In this document: one piece after another, positions 48,401 to 59,736 of the stretch
Layout: the number at the start of each line of letters is the position of its first letter
How positions within the stretch are numbered: the first letter of the stretch is position 1
Source of the DNA: a virus
Lineage: Duplodnaviria; Heunggongvirae; Uroviricota; Caudoviricetes
Strand: one strand, 5' to 3'
DNA length: 64,000 bases
Virus record (IMG/VR): IMGVR_UViG_3300037418_003161
Location: 1-64,000 of that record
Notes under the pieces: generated by a model
Seen by the model: only the letters and a program-made list of their open reading frames with translations
Told to the model about the DNA's origin: nothing
The model's database searches: none
Made by a program: the position numbers and the translations under genes

Positions 48401-50494
48401 GTACAAGTCCAAATACTTTTTTATGTATTTGATTTTGTTGATGTCCCGGATGCCTTCACTAATAACTTGGTTGGCAAATTCAGCAAAGGTAATTCCACTG
48501 GTGGTGGTTAAATTTCCAAAACCAACATTGTGAATGTTGGACTGCCGCCATACATCAAAGGCGATGGCTTTGGCTGACGACAGGTATAGGTCAATGTTTT
48601 TTACATTCAGCGTCAACTTGGCATCTTCCCAATCCTCAATGGTGGTGGATTTTTTATTGTCCACCTTCTTGTTCAAGTCAAAACCAAAGTTCAATAAAGG
48701 AAACCTTCTCAGTCTATCCAGATAGGGTTGACCGTAGGTGAATTCCTTGAGGCGTGTTTTAATTACTTTGGTTGAGCCTGTCAATACCGATTTGGTCAGG
48801 TCAAGCACTTCTTCGCCTTTGTGTTCGGTGGTGCGCTCAAACCAACCCGCTCCTTTTTGGAAATAATACTCCGAATTAAAGGTAGCCTTGGTGGGATAAC
48901 CTTGCTCGTCGATGGGAAAATCTTCTCGCTCGTAACTATGGGCCACTTGCTTTTGGGTCACGTTGTATAACCCGTTACTGAATGCTACGGTGGTTTGGGT
49001 GTAGGTGCTGTCTTTTAAGACTTCATCTAGGCGTTGGTTGACATATTCCATATTCAACGGGGCAGTCACCATATAAACGTGTTCGTTGAATTCATAAAGA
49101 CTTTCGGGTGCGCCAATGAACTTCATTAAAAATTCAATGGGTTTGCGTGTTCCCTTGGCTTTAAACAAATGAGCCACATTAACCAAGAGTCGGCGGTAGA
49201 GTTCCACATCGGCTTCGGCAATGGATTTCGCCTTGGCTTCCCCGGCTAGGGAGGAATCCTTGGTCTTATAAAGCAATTTATTAAGTTCTTCTTCGGTGTA
49301 GTGAGTGATGCTTTCCAATCCAAGGGTGTCACAAAGATTTTTGAGCAAAAGGTCGGGAACATTGTTGATTTTGTCATAGGTCACGTTCCGCATGTAGGCA
49401 ATGTTGTCAATAAAATTTTTGATATTGTCAAACTCATGCCCATAGACCTTTAAAATGCTGTCCACCTTGAACTCCGGGGTATCAAACTCCTGTAAGGAAG
49501 AGGTAATTAAAAACCGGGTAATTAAATTGGATTTGTATTCATCAATGGCCTCTGCAATTTCATTAATCTTGTTAATGTAGGTGGTATACTGGCTTGTCTT
49601 AATATCCAAGTTATACCCATCCACCACATTCCATGTGGCTGTTTCAATTTCAAAGAACGTCCCGGTTTCCATCTCCTTTGGTACTTTAAAGGAAGTTTGG
49701 TAAATGGGGTGTGCTTCCCGGTTCAAAAGAATGTTTTCCACCACATCAAGGTTGAAGAAATAATCCTCAATTAATTGGTATTGGGGTTTGATTAAAAAGT
49801 TTTGGCTTGAGCCGGAAATAAAGGGCCGTCCCTCTACGGTCAGGACGAGGGGTGCGGTAGCTGTAGTGGGGGGTGTATAATTTAAAATATTATAAGATAC
49901 GCCGGACACTTCCACAGCATAGCGAGAATAGGTTTTGGTGAAGTTGCGCAGTTCTGAAAACGCCTCATCGGTGGGTAGGATTGCACCCATGCTGCTGTAT
50001 TCAATATCAAAGTCATTTTTTAAGGCTGACTGTGGCACAGAAAACCGGGTGCGTTTCAGGGTGGCATCATACGTTACCCCGGAAGCGGTAATCCCACTCA
50101 AGTTGGAGGCAATGTCCTTGGATACCACCATTGCTGCCGGAAAGGTTTTGATAATATGTTCAATACCCACCCGCAAACGTTCCTTGAGTGAGCCAAACAG
50201 AGAAACATAGGAAGCATCGCTTTTATCCTTATTAAAGGTAACAAGTGACGCATTCCTTTTTTGTTGGACTTCCTGTACTTTGATAGGGTCAAGGTCGTCT
50301 AAGGAAATGGGTTTGGAGAAATCGGTGGTGATGAAATGTCTGTCGTCCTTTTCCGGGGTTACACTATTGAACAAGAAATTTTCTTGTGTCATTTGTGGAG
50401 ACCCGGTGGTTATCTGATTACCAACTAAATTGTCTGAGAACGTCCCTGTACCGCTACCCGGTGTAGGAGGACATTTTATCTTCTTTTTCGCCAT
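42413..50494 (-). CDS. Giant baseplate-like protein with appended polysaccharide deacetylase, discoidin-like, clan GH-A glycoside hydrolase and alpha/beta esterase domains
   Basis: N-terminal LFKAKGTRKPIEF...QFIPATTLW..G...ENSIFHRNKF; EMDD...NHGYYH (CE4-like); GMNEPN...VWVGEWG (GH-A); IFLHG...GLSSGA...GTLD...GH (esterase triad). Confidence 0.8.
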   Translation of the reverse strand: MAKKKIKCPPTPGSGTGTFSDNLVGNQITTGSPQMTQENFLFNSVTPEKDDRHFITTDFSKPISLDDLDPIKVQEVQQKRNASLVTFNKDKSDASYVSLFGSLKERLRVGIEHIIKTFPAAMVVSKDIASNLSGITASGVTYDATLKRTRFSVPQSALKNDFDIEYSSMGAILPTDEAFSELRNFTKTYSRYAVEVSGVSYNILNYTPPTTATAPLVLTVEGRPFISGSSQNFLIKPQYQLIEDYFFNLDVVENILLNREAHPIYQTSFKVPKEMETGTFFEIETATWNVVDGYNLDIKTSQYTTYINKINEIAEAIDEYKSNLITRFLITSSLQEFDTPEFKVDSILKVYGHEFDNIKNFIDNIAYMRNVTYDKINNVPDLLLKNLCDTLGLESITHYTEEELNKLLYKTKDSSLAGEAKAKSIAEADVELYRRLLVNVAHLFKAKGTRKPIEFLMKFIGAPESLYEFNEHVYMVTAPLNMEYVNQRLDEVLKDSTYTQTTVAFSNGLYNVTQKQVAHSYEREDFPIDEQGYPTKATFNSEYYFQKGAGWFERTTEHKGEEVLDLTKSVLTGSTKVIKTRLKEFTYGQPYLDRLRRFPLLNFGFDLNKKVDNKKSTTIEDWEDAKLTLNVKNIDLYLSSAKAIAFDVWRQSNIHNVGFGNLTTTSGITFAEFANQVISEGIRDINKIKYIKKYLDLYNIYKQYVSYVGETSAYTYQKLEGYIKSISPFWIRLVEQFIPATTLWSGGNRTENSIFHRNKFRYKDTCKVKEFIQNLFPETFASVVEDEVALTIKEHPRGLCILSGLTVQPLLDLGTSEYLGSGATLNLFSGYTKPDACGFLPSYGSGLPLYCNYTTYMSFDDSTFESGWLNEIEALINKINTEETVPGCGFTGTTYIENTLLFNTVEFGTTGSTLSGVTLCVDPRSVQQKKKLDYEIYSVSGVTKIRFKTYKYGYTDCSASDVALGFVVHKDTACHDCNLFAVLSGATPMTDCSVPQDLLLRIYNGTPFETGDPYRLYVNCDDIANYSGFTYGTTGNCDEFVLYQVDPNVSWEMLIGDAANCQTKLRFLGMETDCTVHPTPTPTRTLTPTKTASPTPAVTSSSTPTLTPTTTVTNTPSKSVTQTRTPNATPTNTPTNSVSPTVTPTNTPSPTASLTPTNTLTPTKTPSHTPTQTVTSSHTPTNSVTPTNTMTASVTPVVSSTPSVTPTKSITPTRTVTGSNTPTPSISISASPGASATPTPSVTPTKSLTPSITPSAAPEAGQTSQIIVTFDGNPTSAEASFADLKYDKDGVFNLEMDDRQANFLNILAYLNGGVAPIDGQNYGGKTFTDGAGNAVKYRAAVAVNAHSNFNDGELNDPSHLTTANLQSLLSVDFMLENHGYYHNMDGYYTTNGFTQYDNINENTKYIWDLTGFLSRVWITPNNDTGYNPLVEQLGYLASTSQSVTDGYTSFPPNMFTDHIADLSGVTADYSVFLRDFTDQWNDTTTVDDLKSKITTLANTSNATRHRLYRVGTHDVSTDWSAFKSFIDHIGTVGNDKIWVTTLQEMLEYFEMKKHLVMTYNVVGNQMFINLDYSNVPVNNRFRDITIKVTSDVTVNNYIISGSGHDSATSSTTNKLINLFKKQTLAPDPSEATAPTFNSQVPLVLDNFYQDNSETNSPITLIDGDLTEPFLPAWTLIYEPHEVSVDLKDYNAIVRKVRIYDRQGPNNQDTKVILVRKDSGAELEIGTFTGNGWETWVEYTPSDFFIADKLILRGPSDQSYGTELQIIADYLPYTEPTYSRPLKPLKNFLGVNAHWWNFSYNTGDVRLRQEVLDAVLDLGITSIRNYGNAAEYQPLIDQWAFNPVRQGWYEEDAASYFKNHGIIYWSVLQGQFDHVKASWDVADEGNVVYGTVTNYTNYGSWGALNITTTSNVGGGSYSHWIITLEDAPQSGHTLSEYTTRSDSYNTIPTTHPASMGFAVAGNLPYIVGQHVKVSKSQASQLNIYWDDNNQRDQVSTYQELGKAAFVFASRKGTNPNAPSYATWSHADYGQWWIPRNEPLIATNTADLFEGMNEPNAYWAGIDDFLKGQYLAAAWSMMYDGHKGLYPNCGVKNADPNFKMSISGLATTETDLLRGCYEWARRNRGLNPDGTVDLPFDIIQYHNYSYTGGSNQYAGGTNAGLPPEASNMMSAITDMLHYSNKYAAGKEVWVGEWGIDINPDSPMNAPAYSTYSAEQCRGNWAMRTILEFAAHGLDRSQWFRLFTDANGDNDPTQFASMSLLKEVTTTNIQRRIVGDYWAQLGGEFGDYKFVERINNENPRVLKFSDGTNDMYAIWAVETITPNAGARPTFTENTGTYNLYLNNGTQVSIRQFVDGSSFMSSDFTGVTNGYLSIPYSAKPVIVQVLSYGNTTPTPTPTPSITKTNTPTPTATFTGSTPTPTPTNTPTISITPSVTPSAGATQFAGRQKIDTFAVDGVGGTAPGLTWLPTSYDTDGPSSSYPLIIFLHGMEESQENGDASILNNTGLPMLIANGFDVEAAHPVSGTTFKFIVCSPQHPWFSYGYPELEYILNDIKSKYRVDASRVYVTGLSSGAQGSVSSVTNTESFAEQIAAIVPMSLSGYNTQQEKDNVYLIGGTYHVGTWAIQGTLDGWYVHSQYLVNTINNAFPAPTEPAILTGIPNVGHSSLVWNTAYDPSWKNNANNQVGLSIYEWMLLHKR

Positions 50495-51402
50495 TATGTA
50501 GAAATAATATCATCAAATCCTTTTGAAGTGTCAATGTTATCACCTCGGTCTTCCCGTACTTCAAAGAGTTTATTATTAATCTCGTCTTTAATTTCAAAGA
50601 GGTTGAACTGTTTATAAATATTTTTATCCTTGTCATAAATGGTGTAAATACCGTCTTCCATGGATTTTGTTTGGTTGCCGTACAAAGCGTAGGCAAGTGT
50701 TTGAAAGTCGTGTTCAACCATCTCTACTTCAATCACCACTGGATTGAAAAACGTATTGGATACAATGATGTTTTGATTGGGCTGTCCAATAAAGGGAATG
50801 GCGTTGGGTTTATTGGAGGGAGCAGAAGAGGGGGTCAGCGTACAAAACACCAAGTTGGATTGGGATTCCACATAGCGGTAACGAATGGCTTTTTGGTTCG
50901 TATTGGTCAAATTGGATACCACTGGTTCACAATAAAAGCAGGAGGTGATGATACGAAACAGGTTGGGTATTTTTGACCCATCGTTGTTTAAATACTCTAC
51001 CCGGTAGCCTACAAGTCCGTTATTGATAAAATTGTTGCGGTATTTGGAAGGTACGTTGGAAATGTCAATGACCACCCCCCGGATGGACGGTAGGGAGGCC
51101 AGTACACCACAATCCGCAATAGAAGTACGGATTTGGGTAGGACGTAGGTAAAGGGTGTATAAGCCCATGGCCGAAAACTCAGAGGAATCCAATTTTAAAT
51201 TGTATAGCCCTCCTAAAAGTTCCACGTTTTCATTTCCACCCGTTTGCGCATTGTGATACAGGGGTGTAATAATATCGGTGGAAACCAATTTTTTCATTGT
51301 CACTTGTTCATTAGCATCCCTCGATTTGACATAATGCATGATGATTTCCACGTCTTCAGGAGAAACATCCGCAGCCCTTTTTATTCCATACGACCCAATC
51401 AT
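50494..51402 (-). CDS. Conserved virion structural protein (baseplate region)
   Basis: Coupled to the giant baseplate gene; TATTTAT upstream; beta-rich. Confidence 0.7.
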   Translation of the reverse strand: MIGSYGIKRAADVSPEDVEIIMHYVKSRDANEQVTMKKLVSTDIITPLYHNAQTGGNENVELLGGLYNLKLDSSEFSAMGLYTLYLRPTQIRTSIADCGVLASLPSIRGVVIDISNVPSKYRNNFINNGLVGYRVEYLNNDGSKIPNLFRIITSCFYCEPVVSNLTNTNQKAIRYRYVESQSNLVFCTLTPSSAPSNKPNAIPFIGQPNQNIIVSNTFFNPVVIEVEMVEHDFQTLAYALYGNQTKSMEDGIYTIYDKDKNIYKQFNLFEIKDEINNKLFEVREDRGDNIDTSKGFDDIIST

Positions 51403-51425
51403 TTTCTAGTTTTTAAATAAATAGT

Positions 51426-52340
51426 TTATACTGTCCTTTTAACATTGAAATATTTGTTACCATATACTTCTATCTCACCTACTGAATCCACCTCGCAAAG
51501 TCGTAGGTTGTGTTCAAAGACCGAAATTGTTCCCCGCTCCACGTACACATCTGATTGAACGGTAATGTCTTCCACCACCCCCATGAGGCCATCGTCCTTG
51601 GTAATGAGTTGGAAAAGCAGTTGCAGGGGGTTGTCCCCCACGTTGTTGTGGAAATAGGTTAGTCCATCGGGAAAATCGGTATAAAAGATGTTATCAATAG
51701 TATATGCCGTATAACCATCTGTAATACCACCCACCAACACACCGTTACCGTTGGAATCCAGCCCTTCCACCACCTTTTTCTGACCATACTTGAGTAGTTC
51801 GGAAAGTCTAGTTTTGGTAAAGCCTGAGACGAATACATCATCCTGTTCCAGTTGTTCTTCTACGGCATCGTGGAGGGAAATAAAATCTTGTTCAAAGGTG
51901 GCGTCCGAATAGGGAACTTTTATACTAAGCGTTCCAAATGGATTGGTGATGGTAGCGTCACCACCAACTTCAATTGTTTTTTTGACACTATCCGTCCATG
52001 GGGTTTCCAGCTTCAGGGTAAGTTCATACTTCCCGGTGGTGGAATAAGTGTGGCTAATGCTCTGTTCAATGGCTACCAGTTCTGAGCTACCGTCTCCCCA
52101 ATAAATTTTATAGATTACGTCTTTTAGCTCCACGAAAGAGTTCTTGTCACTTGAATTAAAAAGGGTGACGACCTTCCCGGAAGCAGTATAGGTGAAATTA
52201 CATTTGTTCTTCTCTTGTAAGATATCACCGTCTGTTACGGTATAAAAACCGATATCATCAAAGTCCTTTTCCAAATACACCACGAAGTTGAGGGTGGTGG
52301 CTGAAGCCGGAGTGTTTTCAGGTGATATGATGTAATTCAT
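51426..52340 (-). CDS. Virion structural protein with a PKD-like domain
   Basis: IYWGDGS......SHTYSTTGKYELTL PKD motif; TATTTAT 4 nt upstream of ATG 52340. Confidence 0.72.
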   Translation of the reverse strand: MNYIISPENTPASATTLNFVVYLEKDFDDIGFYTVTDGDILQEKNKCNFTYTASGKVVTLFNSSDKNSFVELKDVIYKIYWGDGSSELVAIEQSISHTYSTTGKYELTLKLETPWTDSVKKTIEVGGDATITNPFGTLSIKVPYSDATFEQDFISLHDAVEEQLEQDDVFVSGFTKTRLSELLKYGQKKVVEGLDSNGNGVLVGGITDGYTAYTIDNIFYTDFPDGLTYFHNNVGDNPLQLLFQLITKDDGLMGVVEDITVQSDVYVERGTISVFEHNLRLCEVDSVGEIEVYGNKYFNVKRTV

Positions 52341-52386
52341 ATTCATAAATATGCACGTTACAATTCAATAAAGAAAGAGTTGGGAA

Positions 52387-55300
52387 TTATTGGTATGTGA
52401 CGGTAACTGTCACCCAATCGTATCTAAGGGTAACATTGGCTGATGAGCTATTTCCAGTTTTGGGGGCAGCATAAATTCTAAGCTGAATTGTTTGATTGCT
52501 GTTGTGAGTTACAGAAACAGCCGAACCATTCACGGTGGCCCATGAGGTGGTGGAACTAAAGGTTGCAGAGTTGCTAAACGTACCACTTAGACTTGTACCC
52601 GCACCTGTCCAAAGTTCAGCCTGTCCCCTAGTGGATGTGTTGTTACCAGTGTTGTAAGTGGAACACATCCAATCATAGTCAAGGTCAACCCGGATGATTT
52701 TTGAACCCGCAGTCAAACCAAGGTCTTCGTATGTTCCCTGCCATACCCAATAACCACCAGTGTTGGTGTTGTTTCTGCCCGACATAACCGATTGAAGCGT
52801 ACCGTCCCCGGAGTTGGTATCGTTGGTGGAGTCTGACCCGGAGGTAGTGTCCCTCGATGCAGTGATGGCGTTTGCACCTGTATTGGTAAATGTCCACGAC
52901 TCCGCACTGGTGTTGAAGGAGAAGTTTTTGGTAAATGTAAAGGTAGGCCCGGATTGGGTTGGTGTTACCGTATTGGTCGGCGTATTGGTTGGAGTTGCGG
53001 TAACGGTAGCACTTGCAGATAGTGTAGGGGTTGGGGTAGGAGACTGTGGAATCAAGGTAGGTGAATACGTTAATTTGTACCCTGCGCTTACTGCTCCTGC
53101 TGAATTCAACGCATACTGCATATAGTTATATAAACCATTTTGAATACCAATAGTAGCAGAAGAGCTATCAACATTTGGCCCATATATAAAATCAAATGTG
53201 CCGTCTTCGTGCAGTGCTACCTGAAAATTCATTATAGGTGTTTGTGAAGGAGAAGGCGAGGCCCTCCATTCAATTATAAATTGTCGATTGGGTGCAGTTC
53301 CGATAGTATCAACAGAAATCGTAGTACCCGTAAATTCTGTAGTTAACTCATCCCAAAGCGGATATAATAGTCTGTGGGTAAGATTTATAGGAAGGGCTGA
53401 ATTCGCACCATCAAGTTGTATTCTACTATCAAAATCTATCAGACCATTGGGTGAGACGTTAACTGACGTGTACGTACCTTCATAATACTTAAATGAAAAC
53501 GGTAGCGGAATACTTCTAACCACAATGTCATAGTGGTGTTCATAATCCACCGTAGCATTTGTATATGTAACTCCTGTGGTAACGGTTAGGCTATAACCGT
53601 TTATTTGGCTACCGATTGACCTTGAAATGGTTGGTGTGACCGTTGGTGTAGGAGTGTAGGTTGGGGTAGCGGTGGGTGCAATTGGGCCTACCACTTCCCA
53701 TGTGATGACTGAACCTGAAGAAACTGCATTAGGGGTGTTGTATGAAAATTGTATTGAATCAAAAATATATGCAGAAGAAAAATTACTGCTCTGATTAACA
53801 ACACCATTTTGTAAACCAATGGTTGCAGAGTCCGTATTCACATCCATGTATACATATTCAATTTTATTTGACCCTTCGTAAAGACGAACTTCAAAGTGGG
53901 CCGGGCTGTTATCTACAAACCGCCTTGCCCTACACTCGATATTGTATACTCGGTTGGGGGCTGTTCCTGTGGTACTATAATATATTCCACACGGTGTTCC
54001 CGCAACACCATAAATGGTGGTTGTCCCATCGGTTCGCAAATCATCCCACAAGGGGTAAAGTTGGTCTCCATAATTGTTTAGGGGAAGCGGTTCATTTCTA
54101 GCCCATGGGTCAAATCCTCTAAAATAAATTACACAGTTTGAATCCATCGAATAGGCACTATATTCTTTTCCGTAATAATAAAAATTAAACGGAAGGTCAA
54201 TATCCGAAAATAACGTTTCATTTCCTGTGATGAAAAGGTTTGTTATACCACTGGTGATTGTTCCACCTGTTGCTACACTATAACTATAGGTATACATTTT
54301 CATACCCGTATCCTCACCCACGCTTGGAGAAAGCGTTGGAGTGCGGGTTGGTGATGCCCCAATTGTATGTGAAGGGGTGGTGGAAGGAGTAACAGAAGGA
54401 GTTGGGGTGGGTGTTGCCGGATTTAAGACACTATAGCTAATTGTTGTTCCGGTTGTTACAGCGTTTGGAGTATTAAAACATACTTTGTCAAAATCTATAA
54501 CCCTATCCAGTTGGGCGTCATAATTTTGTATACCAATGGTGGCTGAAGATGTGTCGTTCAAAATAGTATTTGAATAAACAAATTCAAATTGATTAGATGT
54601 TTCATGTAAACGTACCTCAAAATGTATCTTATTTCCACTATTTAAAAAAGTTCCCCTGTATTCAATATATACAACTCGATTCGGAGCAGTTCCGGTTGTA
54701 CCAGTATAAATTCCACAAGATGTAAGTGTGCCGCCAAAAGAATCATTACCACTAGTTGTAATGTCGTCCCATAAGGGTATCATGGCTGTCTTTGCAAGAG
54801 TGCTTGGTAAGTCTGAGTTGTTGTATACGGTATCTCCTCCATCAAATGTAAGTAAACCATTACTATTTGCATTTAAACTATTAAATGGTTTTCCATAAAA
54901 ATTAAATGTAAATGGAAGGAATATTATGGTATCTACTTCATCGCCTTGCGTATTTGTAAAATCTTTACCCGACACATTAATTGTCCCCCCGGAAGTTATT
55001 GTCCTGCTGTAACTATAAAAATTTGATACAGGCGGTGTAGAACTTGGGGTCGGCGTATTAGTGGGTGTCACACTATTAGTAGGGGTAAGCGTACTGGTAG
55101 GTGTAGTAGTTGGTGTGTTGGTTGGCGTAACACTTGTAGTTGGTGTATTGGTAGGTGTAGTAGTTGGTGTATTTGTTGGAGTGATAGTAGCGGTTTTGGT
55201 GGTGGTAGGTGTGTTACTCCTTGTCGGTGTATTTGTAGCTGTTGGAGTAAGCGTTTGAGTTGGTGTAATATTTGGATTTGGAACAATATATTTGTTGTAT

Positions 55301-58300
55301 AAATAATTCTCAACATTTTGTCTTTCTGTAGTGGTAAGTTGTCTTGTATAAGCAAGAATTTCATACATTTCTCCTGACAAAAAATTGGCAGTACTTGTAG
55401 AAGTTCCATTATATCCAACAGTCATTTTTATTTGTGAGGCTCTTAAAATATTATATGTGGTTGTACCGCTTCCTGAAAATATTCCATTTTCATATCCTAT
55501 ACCAACTTTATTAGCTGAATTCCATGTAAACGAAAACACAGAAGGCAGTGAAGACATGGCCGCACCTGTATACATAGCATTCCCGGCTTCACTTTGCCCA
55601 AGCGCATTACCCGTAGTAGTTGCAATAGAAAATGTTTTACTTGTTGGGCTGTTTAAGGCTAAATTCCATCCATTTATTGGTGAACCCGGATTTGGAAGTG
55701 TGTTATAATCTTCCCCATAACCCATTACGGAAGTACCAACGTAAAATATGGTTAAACTTGCTCCTGTATAAGAAGGGAAAATGTCAGTTGTGGCCCTCAG
55801 ACCTTGTGTACTAGAACTAACAAATTTTATATATGGATATCCATTAGTACCACCCGACGATACGTAAGTAGGTTGTGCGGATGTACCAGTTAGTGGAATG
55901 GCATTAGCCGTTTGGTCAACCCATTGTGTCACATTACTACCCGAAGTTGTAACCCCGGCATCACTCTTATACCAAGAACCTAAATTGGCAATGGACGTTG
56001 GGTCAAATCCATTAGTGGGTGTTACAGTTGGTGTCACTGTAGTTGTAGGTGTATTAGTTGGGGTGATGGATGTCGTTGGAGTATTGGTAGGTGTACTGGT
56101 AGATGTAGCCGTCTTGGTTGGTGTGACACTACTGGTAGGTGTAGAGGTGCTTGTATTGGTTGGTGTATTCGTTGGAGTGACTGTAGAAGTTGATGTTTGC
56201 GTAGGTGTATTCGTTGGGGTCAATGTAGGTGTTGGTGTGGAAGTTGATGTTGCAGTCTTTGTTGGTGTTATACTACTTGTTGGGGTAGCAGTGGGTGTTT
56301 GCGTAGGCGAGTTCGATTGTTGAATGTCAGGGGCAGGAGTTTGAGAGGGTGTAACAGTTGGTGTAGCTGTTGCTGTAGGAGTTTGGGTTAATTGAATACA
56401 ATTTACTTTAACTGTAAAAGTAAAGCCGCTATTAAGAATAGAACTTGGTGTGACCGTCTGAGTAGGGGTACTTGTTGGTGTCGAAGTCAATGTGTTTGTA
56501 GGGGTATTGGTTGGAGTTTTGGTTGGCGTTGCTGTATTTGTTGAAGTACTGGTTGGCGTATTAGTGGCCGTGGATGATGGGGTAACTGTGCTTGTCGATG
56601 TTCGAGTAGGTGTATTGGTTGGTGTCACAGTATTAGTCGGTGTTACTGTAGATGTTAATGTCGATGTAGGTGTATTGGTTGGTGTAGTTGAGGGTGTTAA
56701 AGTTTGAGTGGGCGTACTTGTAGGTGTGTTCGTGGGGGTTACGGAAGCGGTAGGTGTATTGGTAGGCGTTACTGTATTTGTAGGAGTATTAGTTGATGTA
56801 GCAGTCCGTGTTGGGGTCAAACTTGCTGTTGGTGTATTAGTGGGGGTGGAGGTACTTGTGGATGTGACTGTATTAGATGGGGTAATGCTTGGTGTAACCG
56901 TACTTGTTGGGGTATTGGTTGCTGTGGTCGTTTTTGTTGGTGTATTAGTTGTGGTGGGAGTATTACTTGGTGTTACGGTATTGGTTGGTGTGAGCGTAGA
57001 GGTTGGTGTATTCGTTGGTGTAGATGTCCTAGTGGGTGTATTGGTTGAAGTAGGTGTATTGGTTGGTGTGAGCGTAGAGGTTGGTGTATTCGTTGGAGTG
57101 TTTGTTTGAGTTGGAGTGGCTGTAGCGGTAGATGTGGCCGTCTTGGTCGGTGTGTTGGAAGGTGTCAATGTAGGTGTGGCTGTAGCAGTGGCAGTAGGTG
57201 TAGGTGAAGGAGCGATTTTAGTTGTATTGGACTGCTGAATAATCATAGCATTGATAGCACCTTGTGAACCTGACGTAACATTACAATATACAAAGATGTC
57301 ACCGTTACCATTGGGTTGAATATCATTCACCCATCTTAGAGCAGCATCGTCATAGGCATTTCCTGTATTATCCCCATAGTTGTTGCCCGATGTAACGCTT
57401 GATGTTGTTGTACCGTTGACAGTAAACGTCATTACCGTACCGTAGAAGCTTTGGTTATTGGATAAAAATCCGATTTGGTAATATTTGGATGTATTAAGCC
57501 CGGTTATCTTAAATGAGGAAGGGGTAGTGGCATCTGTTACCCATTCCTGTTGAACAATGATATCGGGGAAAACGCTTGTTCCATTTCCGCTTGAGGGGGA
57601 TGAACCATCAGCACCATCAAATGGGTTAAGGGTCTTAAATCCAATAGAAGTTGATGCATCATTAATATCCCTCAAGAAATTTCTTGTGTATCCACTTGCA
57701 GTTGTAATATCTGTACCATTAGATGGTAATCCTTGCCATCCAGAAGTATTGCCAGAACTGATGAACTGGTTGGTAAACGCCAATTGCCAAGTTTCTTCTA
57801 CCACATAACTTCCCGAACTCGGTGTGAGAGTCGGTGTCTGAGTGGATGTTCCGGTGTTTGTAGGTGTAACACTACTTGTAGGTGTATTGGTTGGTGTATT
57901 TGTGGAAGTGCTTGTAGCTGTTTTGGTAGGTGTGAGGGTACTTGTTGGCGTATTTGTGGCCGTGGCAGTATTGGTAGGTGTCAGGGTTGGAGTAACAGTA
58001 TTTGTGGGTGTATTGGTAGCGGTTGGAGTTTTGGTGGGGGTAACAGAACTGGTAGGAGTACTGGTTGGGGTATTGGTAGCGGTTTGGGATATGGTGGGAG
58101 TAATCGTTGGTGTGGCAGTTGTAGTGGGTGTAGGTGTGGGGGTAACAGCCGGGGTGGTGTCTTTTTGAACATTGGCCAAAATCCTTGAAGCGTAGATGTT
58201 AACGTTGTTGGTGGTGGCCTTTACATCCAAATTTTGGGCTGTGGGCATGGTCATTCCACTTGATACCACAACACTGCTTGTCATTGACAATTGTGAACCT

Positions 58301-59736
58301 GAAATTTGCGTTCCGCTTGCGGTATCCAATTCCACCACTGATGTTCCAATCACACTACATTCCGCTTGGTGTAAATAGGTATTGGTTACACCGCTCCATT
58401 CAGTATCATCCCATTTGGTAAGGAAGTTTTGCAACCCTGTTCCGCTTGGTATAAGAGTATTGGCAACCAAATATTGTTCTTGCAGTTTGGTAATTTCGAC
58501 TGGATTAATCCAATACATTACATCATTTGTTGAATTGGCATTCCAACCAGTATTAAAATAAGATTCATTACCACTTGTTACATCAGAACCATTTCTATAA
58601 ACATTAATAAAATTACTAGAATTTCCAACCACACAATCTAAAGCAATACAATAGTTTGTACCGTTTGTAAGAGTTGTACTTCCTGAAAAATTAAATACAT
58701 AAACTTTTGGGGTGGTAGAAATTGTTGAAACATCTATGCTTGTGGAAGCAATTATTAACGGTGAACCCGGAACTGATGATGTACCAAATGTACCACTATG
58801 TGGATATAATTTTGCTGTGATATTTCCAGTTGGTGTACCATTTCTGGACAACATAAAAGCAGCAGATGTAAGGGTTGCACCATTACCTGTAAAACTTTGT
58901 GCTAATCCTGTTTTACCACCTATAAACAAAGATTGTACAGTATTATCAGTTACAGCATTGAAATTGTCACCACTTAAAGTTTGGTCTACAATAATATTGG
59001 CACAGTAAATATCGTAGGTAAACATGTTGTTACCTATTAATGCTGCAATACGATAGGTTCTTCCATTGGTTGGTGTAAATCCAACCTTTACCTTTGTAGT
59101 TGAAGTGGCCACTCCCCCGGCTACAATGGTTACTTTGTCAGTCCAACTACTCAAACTACCGTTATCTTCCTGTAACGTAATGGTTACAGAAGTCATGTTA
59201 CTGGAAATAACATAAGCAACGGCAGCATAAAAGGTTGAACTCCCATCCCAAACGGAACTATCATATTTCCAATATTTAGGGTTATTAAGCGGTGCAGATG
59301 TGGTATTGGTTTTTCCCGTTTCCCGGTTTCCAATTTCAATTTGAGTCTCCGAAGCTGTTAATATATCAGTTCCGGTGTCTTGAATTATAATAAGCCTTGC
59401 CGCCTTAATACTTAATTGACCGTTAGATGTGGTAGTATCCAACATAAGTCGGTCATACACCTCAACAGTACTAGTTGTTACGGATTGTCTGAATAAAGTA
59501 TAGGTAGAAGTTCCGGCACTAATGATAACAGAATTCGTGGAATTCCCTACACCATCAGCAATATATACCTTTTTATTGGTTGAGTCTGAGTTGGTAGCAA
59601 GTACTTCCAAATAAACACTTATTGACCCTGAATACTTGCTGCTACTAAAACTATACAACTCTGTTGTACGTACATTAGAAGCGGAAAGACTACTGGTAGT
59701 ACCATTCAATAAGTTTATTTCATGTCTAAGAACCAT
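52387..59736 (-). CDS. Giant modular adhesin-like virion protein (beta domains, long T/P/S tracts, LamG-like domain, 3 NIDO-like repeats)
   Basis: [16 protein letters not shown]...[21 protein letters not shown]; three PF.F.YYG...NG...PLWDD...GTAPNR...F.V.L.E repeats. Confidence 0.75.
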   Translation of the reverse strand: MVLRHEINLLNGTTSSLSASNVRTTELYSFSSSKYSGSISVYLEVLATNSDSTNKKVYIADGVGNSTNSVIISAGTSTYTLFRQSVTTSTVEVYDRLMLDTTTSNGQLSIKAARLIIIQDTGTDILTASETQIEIGNRETGKTNTTSAPLNNPKYWKYDSSVWDGSSTFYAAVAYVISSNMTSVTITLQEDNGSLSSWTDKVTIVAGGVATSTTKVKVGFTPTNGRTYRIAALIGNNMFTYDIYCANIIVDQTLSGDNFNAVTDNTVQSLFIGGKTGLAQSFTGNGATLTSAAFMLSRNGTPTGNITAKLYPHSGTFGTSSVPGSPLIIASTSIDVSTISTTPKVYVFNFSGSTTLTNGTNYCIALDCVVGNSSNFINVYRNGSDVTSGNESYFNTGWNANSTNDVMYWINPVEITKLQEQYLVANTLIPSGTGLQNFLTKWDDTEWSGVTNTYLHQAECSVIGTSVVELDTASGTQISGSQLSMTSSVVVSSGMTMPTAQNLDVKATTNNVNIYASRILANVQKDTTPAVTPTPTPTTTATPTITPTISQTATNTPTSTPTSSVTPTKTPTATNTPTNTVTPTLTPTNTATATNTPTSTLTPTKTATSTSTNTPTNTPTSSVTPTNTGTSTQTPTLTPSSGSYVVEETWQLAFTNQFISSGNTSGWQGLPSNGTDITTASGYTRNFLRDINDASTSIGFKTLNPFDGADGSSPSSGNGTSVFPDIIVQQEWVTDATTPSSFKITGLNTSKYYQIGFLSNNQSFYGTVMTFTVNGTTTSSVTSGNNYGDNTGNAYDDAALRWVNDIQPNGNGDIFVYCNVTSGSQGAINAMIIQQSNTTKIAPSPTPTATATATPTLTPSNTPTKTATSTATATPTQTNTPTNTPTSTLTPTNTPTSTNTPTRTSTPTNTPTSTLTPTNTVTPSNTPTTTNTPTKTTTATNTPTSTVTPSITPSNTVTSTSTSTPTNTPTASLTPTRTATSTNTPTNTVTPTNTPTASVTPTNTPTSTPTQTLTPSTTPTNTPTSTLTSTVTPTNTVTPTNTPTRTSTSTVTPSSTATNTPTSTSTNTATPTKTPTNTPTNTLTSTPTSTPTQTVTPSSILNSGFTFTVKVNCIQLTQTPTATATPTVTPSQTPAPDIQQSNSPTQTPTATPTSSITPTKTATSTSTPTPTLTPTNTPTQTSTSTVTPTNTPTNTSTSTPTSSVTPTKTATSTSTPTNTPTTSITPTNTPTTTVTPTVTPTNGFDPTSIANLGSWYKSDAGVTTSGSNVTQWVDQTANAIPLTGTSAQPTYVSSGGTNGYPYIKFVSSSTQGLRATTDIFPSYTGASLTIFYVGTSVMGYGEDYNTLPNPGSPINGWNLALNSPTSKTFSIATTTGNALGQSEAGNAMYTGAAMSSLPSVFSFTWNSANKVGIGYENGIFSGSGTTTYNILRASQIKMTVGYNGTSTSTANFLSGEMYEILAYTRQLTTTERQNVENYLYNKYIVPNPNITPTQTLTPTATNTPTRSNTPTTTKTATITPTNTPTTTPTNTPTTSVTPTNTPTTTPTSTLTPTNSVTPTNTPTPSSTPPVSNFYSYSRTITSGGTINVSGKDFTNTQGDEVDTIIFLPFTFNFYGKPFNSLNANSNGLLTFDGGDTVYNNSDLPSTLAKTAMIPLWDDITTSGNDSFGGTLTSCGIYTGTTGTAPNRVVYIEYRGTFLNSGNKIHFEVRLHETSNQFEFVYSNTILNDTSSATIGIQNYDAQLDRVIDFDKVCFNTPNAVTTGTTISYSVLNPATPTPTPSVTPSTTPSHTIGASPTRTPTLSPSVGEDTGMKMYTYSYSVATGGTITSGITNLFITGNETLFSDIDLPFNFYYYGKEYSAYSMDSNCVIYFRGFDPWARNEPLPLNNYGDQLYPLWDDLRTDGTTTIYGVAGTPCGIYYSTTGTAPNRVYNIECRARRFVDNSPAHFEVRLYEGSNKIEYVYMDVNTDSATIGLQNGVVNQSSNFSSAYIFDSIQFSYNTPNAVSSGSVITWEVVGPIAPTATPTYTPTPTVTPTISRSIGSQINGYSLTVTTGVTYTNATVDYEHHYDIVVRSIPLPFSFKYYEGTYTSVNVSPNGLIDFDSRIQLDGANSALPINLTHRLLYPLWDELTTEFTGTTISVDTIGTAPNRQFIIEWRASPSPSQTPIMNFQVALHEDGTFDFIYGPNVDSSSATIGIQNGLYNYMQYALNSAGAVSAGYKLTYSPTLIPQSPTPTPTLSASATVTATPTNTPTNTVTPTQSGPTFTFTKNFSFNTSAESWTFTNTGANAITASRDTTSGSDSTNDTNSGDGTLQSVMSGRNNTNTGGYWVWQGTYEDLGLTAGSKIIRVDLDYDWMCSTYNTGNNTSTRGQAELWTGAGTSLSGTFSNSATFSSTTSWATVNGSAVSVTHNSNQTIQLRIYAAPKTGNSSSANVTLRYDWVTVTVTYQ

